Below are positions 18,831-28,331 of a stretch of 64,000 nt of DNA, piece after piece. The stretch is taken from assembly GCA_019058445.1 (NCBI GenBank), contig JAHPZA010000003.1, positions 516,919 to 580,918 of the forward strand, in the 5' to 3' direction. How positions within the stretch are numbered: the stretch's first letter is position 1; each line of letters starts with the position of its first letter. Both the position numbers and the translations under genes were made by a program. This stretch comes from Promethearchaeota archaeon (GTDB taxonomy: Archaea > Asgardarchaeota > Lokiarchaeia > Sigyniarchaeales > SOKP01). The notes under the pieces were generated by a model. The model searched no databases. It saw nothing but the letters and a program-made list of their open reading frames with translations, and was not told the origin of the DNA.

Positions 18831-19499
18831 TTACAATGTGCCAAGTTCGGTATCATCCCACGCATCTTGGAATATTTTTAATCCTCGATCTGTAAAGGGA
18901 TGGTCGAAACTCGCCTTGTAAACTTCAAATCCTGCCGTTACAATATCAGCTTCCATAACTGCTGCCTCCACGATCTGCTTGCCATTACGTACGGCAGCGA
19001 CAATAATTTCTGTATCGAAATCATAATTTTGATATATAGTCACAATATCTGAAATCAGTTGAGTGCAATCTACACCCGAAGCTTCTTGCCAGCCTATAAA
19101 TGGAGAACAATATGCCGCACCTATTCTTCCTACCTGTAATGCTTGTGATGCTGTAAAAACGAGCGTCACATTTACTTTAATACCCTCTTCTGTAAGATCC
19201 TTCGCTGCGATTAACCCATGCTCTGTACAAGGAATCTTTATCACAAAATTTTTAGAGATTGCTGCGATTTTCTTGGCCTCAGAGATCATATCATCTGAAT
19301 TCTGAAGGTGTGGGTCTATTTCTACAGAAATAGGAAAATCAATATTCTTAAATTCCTCAGCAAATTCTTTAATCACGTTAAAAAATGGCTTTCCCGAATT
19401 TTTGATGTGTTTCGGATTTGAAGTAACACCATCAATCTTCCAATTCTTTAAAGCATATTTTATTTCTTCTAATTTGGCACTATCAAGAAAATACTTCAT
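18831..19499 (-). CDS. sqvA: Transaldolase, 6-deoxy-6-sulfofructose transaldolase (SqvA/SftT)-like
   Basis: 'MKYFLDSA', 'GVTSNPKH', 'ISVE', Schiff-base Lys in 'FVIKIPCT', and 'NVTLVF'. It has 'SPFIGW' and 'AAVRNG' where phosphate-specific transaldolases have SPFxGR and ASxR. Confidence 0.8.
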   Translation of the reverse strand: MKYFLDSAKLEEIKYALKNWKIDGVTSNPKHIKNSGKPFFNVIKEFAEEFKNIDFPISVEIDPHLQNSDDMISEAKKIAAISKNFVIKIPCTEHGLIAAKDLTEEGIKVNVTLVFTASQALQVGRIGAAYCSPFIGWQEASGVDCTQLISDIVTIYQNYDFDTEIIVAAVRNGKQIVEAAVMEADIVTAGFEVYKASFDHPFTDRGLKIFQDAWDDTELGTL

Positions 19500-19633
19500 T
19501 TTTTTTTCCTTGAGTTCACGACTAATTGTTGTTAAAAATTAATTTCTTAAAAGTTCCTACACTTTAAACTTTTTTTAACTTTAAAATAATAAAAAAATAG
19601 GTAAAAAAAAGATAATTCAACTAAACCTTCATC

Positions 19634-21049
19634 TTAGCGATAGATACCTAATTCTTTTAACTTCTTTATTAATGCTTCCTTCTCGGCTCCCTCAAGCGTG
19701 TAGTTTTTCCTAAACATTAATCCCATCACTACAAATATAAGTCCTGGAATTAATTGAGCGTGAATTCGAATTCCCCATTGAGCTACGAGAGATTGAGTTG
19801 CATGTGGATCAGGATTGTATGCAGTAAGAATGTGTATTGTTGGAATGATAATCCCAACTGCTACAAATGCGAGACGAAAGAAAAATGTTCTTACTCCAAC
19901 CAAACTTGCATCAACACGTTTTCCCATTTTTGATGCAACTAAATCATAGGTATCAGAAGCAACAGGTTGTAGCATGGTAACTTCACCAGAATAAAATATG
20001 GCACCTATAAAAGCAATTATGACGAGTATGATATAAAATAAAGGAAATCCATATTCTCTTAACACAAATAACGCAGATAAGATAAAAATCCCGTGACAAA
20101 TAAATGTAAGCCAATATGTCTTCTTAAAGCCATGCTTCCGAGTATAATTACTCCAGAATGGTACAGCAAATACAAAAGCTGCTACACCTAACAATGTAGG
20201 CAGAATTGCATATGTTAAGGGTAATTGCCAAACATCTTTATACATATAAATACTGGATACCCCCTGTAATGCTATTGCAATACTATAACATGTATATCCT
20301 GCTAATGATACTCTAAAATTCTTTGTTTTAAGCGCTGTTTTCATTGTCCCATAAAAACTGCTTTCTTTTTCTACATAACCCCGTAGAAACATTTGTTTCA
20401 TCTTATCTGATTCTTTTATTCCAAGTAAAAGAAATACATTATATATTACCAGAAGGATAATCATTATTGTTGCAAATGTAACAAACGAGGTCCTATCTCC
20501 ATATACTATAATTGCGTTTCCTATTACGGTCATAGTAGTCATTAAAATACCCATTAAAATCGTTGCTATCGCAAATGATCTTCTACGCTCGTATTCTGAA
20601 GGGAATTGGTTAGTGTAACCTCCATAAACATGGTCATTATAAATAGAGAAAAAAGTATCGAAAAGACATGTTATAACTATAAACCATATAAATAAAGTCA
20701 TCTCACTTGCTCCTTCAGGTGGGACCCAAATAAGAAAATAAAATAACAAAATCGGGAAAGCCGTAATTACAACCCAAGGAGCTCGTAAACCCCATCTCTG
20801 TGTCCATTTAAGAGGTTTATCTGTAAGATACCCTAATAGGGGATCATTTATCATGTTCCATATTGCAAATATAACGTACGCGACCCCTAATAGCGCAACT
20901 GATATACCAATCTCGACTTCATAATAGTAAAACACGAGAGAAAAGCCACGCATTAACAAAAAATTTATAATAAGGTAGCCAAATGCATATGATAACATTT
21001 TACCTGTAGATGCGATTTCCCATTCACTTAAATCTTCTTGAACAGCCAT
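19634..21049 (-). CDS. GPH-family MFS sugar transporter (array paralogue 1)
   Basis: About 12 TM segments, 'WNMINDPLLGYLTDKP' and 'ASDTYD'. GGTGA ribosome-binding site at 21056-21060 on the minus strand. Confidence 0.9.
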   Translation of the reverse strand: MAVQEDLSEWEIASTGKMLSYAFGYLIINFLLMRGFSLVFYYYEVEIGISVALLGVAYVIFAIWNMINDPLLGYLTDKPLKWTQRWGLRAPWVVITAFPILLFYFLIWVPPEGASEMTLFIWFIVITCLFDTFFSIYNDHVYGGYTNQFPSEYERRRSFAIATILMGILMTTMTVIGNAIIVYGDRTSFVTFATIMIILLVIYNVFLLLGIKESDKMKQMFLRGYVEKESSFYGTMKTALKTKNFRVSLAGYTCYSIAIALQGVSSIYMYKDVWQLPLTYAILPTLLGVAAFVFAVPFWSNYTRKHGFKKTYWLTFICHGIFILSALFVLREYGFPLFYIILVIIAFIGAIFYSGEVTMLQPVASDTYDLVASKMGKRVDASLVGVRTFFFRLAFVAVGIIIPTIHILTAYNPDPHATQSLVAQWGIRIHAQLIPGLIFVVMGLMFRKNYTLEGAEKEALIKKLKELGIYR

Positions 21050-21148
21050 TTATTTTCACCTTTTATTTGAAAGAATTTGATTAGATTTTGATAAGAAATT
21101 GAATGTTTACTGAAAAGTATATATTTTATTTTACTATGGATCTTGTGA

Positions 21149-21166
21149 TATATTTAAAGTTTTTGA
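21149..21166 (-). promoter_or_regulatory. Putative BRE/TATA promoter of transporter paralogue 1
   Basis: Minus strand reads AAAAAC-TTTAAATA about 100 nt upstream of the ATG. The same TTTAAATA occurs upstream of paralogues 2 and 3. Confidence 0.4.
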
Positions 21167-21321
21167 AGTAGATTAATAGAAATCAGTAATCAATCCCTTT
21201 TTCCTTTTCTGAAAATCTTTTGTTCTTTTCCTTAAATATAAAGGAATTTAACAATAAAACTCCTTAAGATATTTAAGTAATTAAAAAAATAAAAAAGATT
21301 TTTAATTTATTCATCTCCTTT

Positions 21322-22725
21322 TTAATATAACCCCATTTCCTTAAGCTTTTTCACCATTTCTGCTTTTCTTTCTCCCTCTAATGTATACCATTTATATACA
21401 ATAAGGGAAATCGTTAACATTAATAGCGCAGGAATTAATCCAGCATGAATTCGTATTCCTATAATTGCTAGCGGCGTCTGTGTTGCATTTGGATCCGGAT
21501 TATAGTTCGTCACGATATGTATCACGGTGATTACTACTCCTTGAACTACGATAGCAATTCTAAAGAAAAAATTCCTTATTCCCTGAAGTGTTCCGTCTTG
21601 GCGTCTGCCCATTTCCGTAGAGACCTCGTCCATAGTGTCGGAAGCTACTGGCATTGTCATGAGAGTATAACCCGCATAGGGAATTCCCCCTATAAACGTA
21701 AAGATAACAGCTTGCCATATATTCGTTATGAATAATGTGGGGATATAACAAATGCCAGCAAAAAACAGAGCTGTGTAGTATGTTTTTTTAAAACCGTGTT
21801 TTCTGGCATAATTAGACCAGAATGGAATCGAAAGCATATAGCCCGCGAAACCTGCAAGTGCTGTGAGTACTGCATATGTGTAAGGTACTTTAAATACATC
21901 TTTCAGCATATAAATCCCTGAAGCGGTTGCTAAGGTCTGAGCTGTAATGATAGTGGTATATGTGGTAAGAGAGATTGCAAAATTCCTTTTTTTAATTGCT
22001 GTTTTCATGATACCAAAAAAGCTGGTATCTTCGGCAGTTTCGAATCCCTTGATAAGCTTTTCTTTTAATTCATCAGATTCTTTAATTCCAAGAAAGAGAA
22101 AAATATTACATATCGCAAGAATTATTACTACAACTAAGGCTGATACCGCAAAGGAACTCTTGTTTCCATACTCTATAATAAAAGGCGGGATTATTGCTAT
22201 ACCAACCACTCCGATTCCTGCGACTGCTATGATTACGGCAAATCCCCTTCTTCGCTCATATTCTGTGCGAAATTGGTTTGTAAAACCTCCATAGACATGA
22301 GTATTGAAAATAGAGAAGAATGTATCAAATAGAGCAGTAATTATTAGCATGTAAAAAAATATAGTTAACGCATTTTCCTTAGGGTCAATGTTAGGCGGAG
22401 TAAAGATTAAAAAATAACAAATTAAAATTGGAAAACTAGAAAGAACAACCCAAGGAGCTCTAAATCCATATTTCCTCGTCCATTTTCTTGGTTTATCGGT
22501 AAAGTATCCTAAAAGGGGATCATTAAACATGTTCCATATTGCATACAGCACAAAAGCAATGCCTACGAATAAGACGGGTAACCCTACTTCCACTTCATAG
22601 AAATAAAAAACGATCGCAGAATATGCACCTAGTAAATAAGCAATAATAAGGTACCCAAATCCGTAGGATATCATTTTAGAGGTTGGTGCTATTTCCCACT
22701 CACTTAAATCTTCTTGAATAGCCAT
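21322..22725 (-). CDS. GPH-family MFS sugar transporter (array paralogue 2)
   Basis: Same N-terminus (EDLSEWEIA), 'WNMFNDPLLG' and 'GRRQDG'. Confidence 0.9.
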   Translation of the reverse strand: MAIQEDLSEWEIAPTSKMISYGFGYLIIAYLLGAYSAIVFYFYEVEVGLPVLFVGIAFVLYAIWNMFNDPLLGYFTDKPRKWTRKYGFRAPWVVLSSFPILICYFLIFTPPNIDPKENALTIFFYMLIITALFDTFFSIFNTHVYGGFTNQFRTEYERRRGFAVIIAVAGIGVVGIAIIPPFIIEYGNKSSFAVSALVVVIILAICNIFLFLGIKESDELKEKLIKGFETAEDTSFFGIMKTAIKKRNFAISLTTYTTIITAQTLATASGIYMLKDVFKVPYTYAVLTALAGFAGYMLSIPFWSNYARKHGFKKTYYTALFFAGICYIPTLFITNIWQAVIFTFIGGIPYAGYTLMTMPVASDTMDEVSTEMGRRQDGTLQGIRNFFFRIAIVVQGVVITVIHIVTNYNPDPNATQTPLAIIGIRIHAGLIPALLMLTISLIVYKWYTLEGERKAEMVKKLKEMGLY

Positions 22726-22786
22726 TTATTTCACTATTAGTTTTTTTCAATATTTTTGTTTTAAATTGCGAATTTCCTAAATAATT

Positions 22787-22803
22787 ATTATTTAAATGTT
22801 TAA
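22787..22803 (-). promoter_or_regulatory. Putative BRE/TATA promoter of transporter paralogue 2
   Basis: Minus strand reads AAAACA-TTTAAATA, with the TATA at 22789-22796. Confidence 0.35.
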
Positions 22804-22879
22804 AATTAAAAAGGTATCTTTTTAATAAGAAATGATAAATAAAATAAGTTTAAAAAAAAAAGAAATTTAAATTTTAAAA

Positions 22880-24289
22880 TTAACGATAGATACCCATTTC
22901 TTTTAGCTTTTTTACCAGCGCTTCTTTCTCTTTTCCTTCAAGAGTATAATATCTTTTAAATAGCAACCCCATGATAATCATCATGAGTCCCGGTATCAAT
23001 GCGGTATGAATACGGATACCTAATAGAGCTGTGGCAGTTTGATCTGCTGGCCCAAAAGCATTTGGATCGGTATTATACCCTGTTAAGAGATGGATGGGGA
23101 GTATTACAAGAAAAATAACAAGAAATGCTACACGAAAGAAAAAGGTTCTTATCCCAACCATGCTCGCGTCTACGCGGAATCCCATATGACTAGAGACCTC
23201 ATCATAGGTATCTGAAGCTACGGGCATGAGCATCGTGGTCAACCCAATCCCGTTTATTTGGAAGATAATATAACAGATTAAATGGGCCCAAAAGTTAGGA
23301 GTGAAAAAGAACTGTAGATATAAAATGCCTTGAAGTAAATAAGTTACCCAATAAGTTTTCCTGAATCCATGCTTTCGAGAATAGTTATACCAGAATGGTA
23401 TAGATAATATAGCAGCTGCGGTACCTAATAACGCGAGTAAGGTGTTCATTGCATAAGGCACCCCATACACATCCTTTAACATATATGCCATAGACGCGAG
23501 ATAGATGGTTTGAGCAGTTACCTGTATCGTATAACCCGCTAAGGATACCCGGAAATTTTTTGTTTTAAGGGCAGTTTTCAATGTACCAAAAAAACTAGCC
23601 TTCTCTGCTTTCTCATATGCGTTGATAAACATCTGTTTCATTTGTTCCGACTCTCTTATTCCAGGAAAAATAATTATACTGAAGATGGCCATAAGGATTA
23701 TCATCACCAAAGCACCTACTGCAAATGACGCTGGGTTTCCGAATTGTATTATTAAAGACCCGATAATAACCATACCGGTTATTACTAAAAACATTATAAT
23801 CGTTGCTATCGCAAAGGACCTACGGCGTTCGTATTCTGAAGGGAACTGGTTGGTGTAGCCACCATACACGTGGTCATTATAAATTGAGAAAAAAGTATCG
23901 AAAGCGCACGTCATAAGGATAAACCATAAAAACATCACCATAGCGCCCATGCCTTGAGGGGGTACCCAGATTAAGTAGAAAAATATAAATATTAGGGGAG
24001 TGCATACCACAACCCATGGAGCTCGTAATCCATATCGTGGTGTCCATTTCAAGGGCTTATCCGTAAGGAAGCCTAAGAGCGGGTCGTTCACCATGTTCCA
24101 TAAGGAAAATACTACGCCTGCAAGTATAATATAGATAGCAGCTAACCCCATTTCGACCTCATAAAAATAGAGTAGATTTGCCAAACCATATAAGAGGATA
24201 TAGTTGACAACAACATAGCCGAAACCGTAGGATATCATTTTTCCTGTGGAAGCAATTTCCCATTGACTTAAATCTTCTTCAATTGCCAT
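22880..24289 (-). CDS. GPH-family MFS sugar transporter (array paralogue 3)
   Basis: Closest to paralogue 1, sharing 'DTFFSIYNDHVYGGYTNQFPSEYERRRSFAIATI'. Confidence 0.9.
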   Translation of the reverse strand: MAIEEDLSQWEIASTGKMISYGFGYVVVNYILLYGLANLLYFYEVEMGLAAIYIILAGVVFSLWNMVNDPLLGFLTDKPLKWTPRYGLRAPWVVVCTPLIFIFFYLIWVPPQGMGAMVMFLWFILMTCAFDTFFSIYNDHVYGGYTNQFPSEYERRRSFAIATIIMFLVITGMVIIGSLIIQFGNPASFAVGALVMIILMAIFSIIIFPGIRESEQMKQMFINAYEKAEKASFFGTLKTALKTKNFRVSLAGYTIQVTAQTIYLASMAYMLKDVYGVPYAMNTLLALLGTAAAILSIPFWYNYSRKHGFRKTYWVTYLLQGILYLQFFFTPNFWAHLICYIIFQINGIGLTTMLMPVASDTYDEVSSHMGFRVDASMVGIRTFFFRVAFLVIFLVILPIHLLTGYNTDPNAFGPADQTATALLGIRIHTALIPGLMMIIMGLLFKRYYTLEGKEKEALVKKLKEMGIYR

Positions 24290-24448
24290 TACTAATCACT
24301 TTGATTGATTTTAATTGCTTTTAAATATTGGATATTTTTTTTAAAATTGATGTTAATTTAACATTTTCGTTAAGTTCTATTTAAATATTTGTAAAAAAAC
24401 TACCTATCAAATTTCTAATATCCTAAGAAACCTAAGATCTCAATAAAG

Positions 24449-24489
24449 AAAAAAAGCAATCTTACCATTAAAAAAGAGCAATTCTTACC
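24449..24489. repeat. Imperfect direct repeat in the divergent intergenic region
   Basis: aaaaaaagcaatcttacc (24449-24466) and aaaaaagagcaattcttacc (24470-24489). Confidence 0.4.
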
Positions 24490-24522
24490 TAATTATTGGA
24501 AAAAAATTGAGATAATTAGTAA

Positions 24523-25020
24523 TTCTGATCATATATTGAAAAAAAATACGGGCATGTAAAAACGATGAAATTCGGTTCCTTATTGGTTGCAATTGCATTA
24601 ACTCCCGGAATGTGGATAACAACACTATGGGAAACCATATTATTTCAATTTTTAGGTGGGATCGCTTTTGGCGGCTTTATAATTATGATAGGACCGAGAA
24701 CTGCAGATGTAAATGATGAATTTACTGTTACTACAGGAAGAAATCAAGAAGAAATACTCGCGGGAATTCGCACGTTTTTCTTTCGATTTGCACTTATCTT
24801 TCAAGCGATAATTCTTACAACTGTACATGTCTTAACGGAATATAATCCCGATCCTCATGCAGTACAGACTCCTTTAGCTCAATGGGGAATACGTATACAT
24901 CTTGCTTTAATCCCTTCTTTATTAACATTATTGGGATTTTTCATCCTATATTTCTTTTATGATCTTAAAGGAGAAAAAAAAACATTTATTAAATCTCAGT
25001 TGCGTGAATTAAAACTATGA
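24523..25020 (+). pseudogene. C-terminal relic of a GPH transporter paralogue
   Basis: Only the last third of the protein is present. Upstream of the ATG at 24565 the frame reads F*SYIEKKYGHVKT, matching FWSNVSKKYGHATT of paralogue 5 (TGG to TGA at 24526-24528). Similarity stops further upstream. Confidence 0.85.
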
Positions 25021-25201
25021 TGTTTATTTATTCTTAGAATTACATTAGTAAATCCTCTTCAAAAATAAGATAAGTATTGCAAAATAAACCTTTTTATATT
25101 GGTTTGATCTAATTCTATATTTAATTAGCATTGCTATTTTACATACTATATTGTAAAAAACACTTAAGGAAGCAATGGAATAATAAAATAAATGTGATAT
25201 A

Positions 25202-26614
25202 ATGATGAGTGAAGAAAATGAGACTGATTTTTCAGAATGGGAGCAAGCATCCACAAAGAAAATGTTATCCTTTTCCTTTGGATATCTTCTTGTATTTTTT
25301 ATGGGAGGTCAATTTAATGTTTACGTATTTTATTATTACGAAGTAGAGATTGGCTTACCTGTTGTGATGCTGGGATTTGCTTTTATTATATTTGCGGTTT
25401 GGAACATGATCAATGATCCTCTTGTAGGATTTTTAACCGATAAGCCTTTTAAATGGACCAAAAAATGGGGAATGAGATTTCCCTGGATGGTCTTGGGTGT
25501 AATACCATATATTATCTGCTGGTATTTTCTTTTCGCAGCTCCCGAGGCTTTAGTTGAAAATTCTGATCCATGGCCCATTTTTTGGTATTTTGTGATTATG
25601 GCATGTCTGTTAGACACTTTTTATTCCCTTTTTACAACTCACATAAATGCTGCATTTACAACCCATTTCCGCACCGATGCAGAACGCAGAAAAGCTCAGT
25701 TAATAAACAATACCATCCCACAGGTTTTGCAGCTTTTTATAGGTTTTACAGTACCCCTCATTTATATCTATGGTAATAGGAATTCAATGATTCTTGCACA
25801 AACTATAGTAGTTTTACTAATGTTTGTTGCCATGCTTATTATGATCCCTGGTGTACGCGAGTCAAATGAATTAAAAGAGCGCTTTCTTCGGGGTTATGAG
25901 AAACAAAAGAGAGATCCTTATTTTAAGTCATTAAAATTAGCTTTTGGTCGTAGGAATTTTACGTCAACTCTTATAGTATATATGTTATTGTCATTCGGAG
26001 CAATTATTTACGCTGCATCAGGGGTTTACTTCTTTAAAGATATTTTAGGAATCCCATATTCATACGCTATATTCACTGGTTTAGCGGGTTTTGTAGGTTT
26101 TGTAGGTTCTGTACCTTTCTGGGTTTGGATGTGTAAAAAGATAGGACATGGAAATGTAATGAAATTAAGCCTTTTTTTAATAACTCTTGTATATCTGCCT
26201 GTGTTGTGGATGACAACTTTAATTGAAGCTATAATATACGGTTTTTTCGGCGGAATAGCGAGTGCGGCCTTCTGGACGCCACTTGGGCCGGTCACAGCAG
26301 ATGTTTATGATGAATCTACTATATCGACGGGAAAACACCAAGAAGCGATGTATGAGGGAATTAGAACTCTTTTTAATCGTCTTGGTTTTGTCTTTGTAGG
26401 AATAGTACTTCCAATAGTTCATATTTCTACAGGATACAACCCTGATCCTCATGGTACACAAACTCCACTAGCTATATGGGGAATACGCATTCATATGGGA
26501 TTAATTCCAAGTCTTTTAGCGTTAATATCATTTGTAGTTATGATAAAATGGTACGATTTAGCAGGAGAAAAACAAAAGGCACTCAAAATAAGGTTAAAAG
26601 AAATGAATCTCTGA
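25202..26614 (+). CDS. GPH-family MFS sugar transporter (array paralogue 4)
   Basis: 'DFSEWEQAST', 'WNMINDPLVG' and 'ADVYDE...TGKHQEAMY'. Confidence 0.9.
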   Translation: MMSEENETDFSEWEQASTKKMLSFSFGYLLVFFMGGQFNVYVFYYYEVEIGLPVVMLGFAFIIFAVWNMINDPLVGFLTDKPFKWTKKWGMRFPWMVLGVIPYIICWYFLFAAPEALVENSDPWPIFWYFVIMACLLDTFYSLFTTHINAAFTTHFRTDAERRKAQLINNTIPQVLQLFIGFTVPLIYIYGNRNSMILAQTIVVLLMFVAMLIMIPGVRESNELKERFLRGYEKQKRDPYFKSLKLAFGRRNFTSTLIVYMLLSFGAIIYAASGVYFFKDILGIPYSYAIFTGLAGFVGFVGSVPFWVWMCKKIGHGNVMKLSLFLITLVYLPVLWMTTLIEAIIYGFFGGIASAAFWTPLGPVTADVYDESTISTGKHQEAMYEGIRTLFNRLGFVFVGIVLPIVHISTGYNPDPHGTQTPLAIWGIRIHMGLIPSLLALISFVVMIKWYDLAGEKQKALKIRLKEMNL

Positions 26615-26812
26615 AAAATCTAATACTAAAAAAAAATTTTATTTTCTTTTTTCTTAATAATTGAATGTTATTCTATTAAAATTGATTTAGTACTATAAAC
26701 GGTTATAGGGAGCTTTTAAATATTAGTATAACTCAATTAATATATTAATTCTCAAATTACTAATTTGTAAAAGAGACATAAAAAAAAATAATAGAATGAA
26801 GGTGAAATTCTA

Positions 26813-28222
26813 ATGAATGAAGAATCTGAAATGGATTTATCAGAATGGGAGCTGGCTTCTACAGAAAAAATGATTTCCTATTCTTTTGGATTTCTCCTCG
26901 TATATTTTATGGCAAGTCAATTTAACACATATGTGTTTTATTATTATGAAGTAGAAATAGGTATACCTGTTGTAATGTTGGGATTTGCTTTCATTATTTT
27001 CGCGGTTTGGAATATGATAAACGACCCGCTTTTAGGCTATCTTACTGATCGCCCTTTTAAGTGGTCCCAAAGATGGGGTTATAGAGCACCTTGGATGGTA
27101 ATTGGAGCTATTCCTTATTTAATATGCTGGTGGTTTTTATTCGCAGCTCCCGAGGCTTTGATTAATTTATCAGATCCCTGGCCAATTTTTTGGTATTTTG
27201 TAATAATGGCATGTCTATTTGACACATTTTACTCATTATTTAGCATCCATCTTAGTGCAGGTTATATTATCCATTTCCGTACTGATGCTGAACGCAGGAG
27301 AGCAAGTGCGATTAATGCAACAATTCCACTAATATTGGCTCTCTTTATAAGCTTTATAGTTCCTATAATTTATATTTACGGAATGAGAGACACTATGATG
27401 TTAGCGCAAACAATGGTAGTTTTATTGTTAGCCATTTGTGTTCTTATTTTATTACCTAGTATACGAGAATCAGATGAAGTGAAGGAGCGTTTTCTCCGAG
27501 GGTATAATAATACGGAACGAGATTCTTTCTTTAAATCAATGAAATCAGCTTTTAAACGGAATAATTTTCGTAGCACTATGCTGATTGTGCTGCTTGCGAC
27601 TTTAGGAAGTACATTATACTATGCCTCTGGGGTTTACTTTATGAAGGATATCTTAAGATTACCACTTTCTTACGCAATATTTACAAGTTTAGCAGGCTTT
27701 ATAGGATTGATTATATTTATACCATTCTGGTCTAATGTTAGCAAAAAATATGGCCATGCAACAACCTTTAAATTAAGTCTTCTTTTAATAACCCTTCTTT
27801 ATCTTCCATTTTTATGGATTACGACAATATGGGAGGCAATAATTTTTAATTTTATAGGAGGCTTTATTGTGGGAGCTTATTATATTTCTCTAGGACCTGT
27901 TGTAGCAGATGTGTATGATGAATGTACAATTTCAACCGGAAAACATCAAGAAGCTATGTATGCCGGAATCCAAACATTTTTTATACGTATTGCAATTATC
28001 GTTCAAGCAATTATTTTTGTAATGGTTCATCTTGCCACAGGATATAATCCAGATCCGCAAGTAAAGCAAACTAATTTAGCCATTTGGGGAATTAGGATTC
28101 ATATGGCATTGCTTCCATCTCTCTGCTCTTTTATGGCTTTTCTTATTATGCTGAAATTTTATGATTTAATAGGAGAGAAACAAAAAGCGATTAAACGCCA
28201 GTTAATGCAAATGAAACTTTAA
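26813..28222 (+). CDS. GPH-family MFS sugar transporter (array paralogue 5)
   Basis: Closest to paralogue 4, sharing 'SDPWPIFWYFVIMACL'. AGGTGA ribosome-binding site just upstream. Confidence 0.9.
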   Translation: MNEESEMDLSEWELASTEKMISYSFGFLLVYFMASQFNTYVFYYYEVEIGIPVVMLGFAFIIFAVWNMINDPLLGYLTDRPFKWSQRWGYRAPWMVIGAIPYLICWWFLFAAPEALINLSDPWPIFWYFVIMACLFDTFYSLFSIHLSAGYIIHFRTDAERRRASAINATIPLILALFISFIVPIIYIYGMRDTMMLAQTMVVLLLAICVLILLPSIRESDEVKERFLRGYNNTERDSFFKSMKSAFKRNNFRSTMLIVLLATLGSTLYYASGVYFMKDILRLPLSYAIFTSLAGFIGLIIFIPFWSNVSKKYGHATTFKLSLLLITLLYLPFLWITTIWEAIIFNFIGGFIVGAYYISLGPVVADVYDECTISTGKHQEAMYAGIQTFFIRIAIIVQAIIFVMVHLATGYNPDPQVKQTNLAIWGIRIHMALLPSLCSFMAFLIMLKFYDLIGEKQKAIKRQLMQMKL

Positions 28223-28331
28223 ATAATAGATGATTTTTATCGATACTTTATCTTTTTTTATTAGAAATCTGGGTTGCCAACAATAATACTCAGATAAACA
28301 TTTTTATTATAATTTAAATTGAATATAATCA

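Noticed and set aside
24526-24528. Selenocysteine or Trp recoding of TGA in the transporter relic (and of the TGA in the GH130 relic)
   Set aside because: Both lie in truncated, decayed fragments, and TGA is used as a normal stop by many intact genes here.
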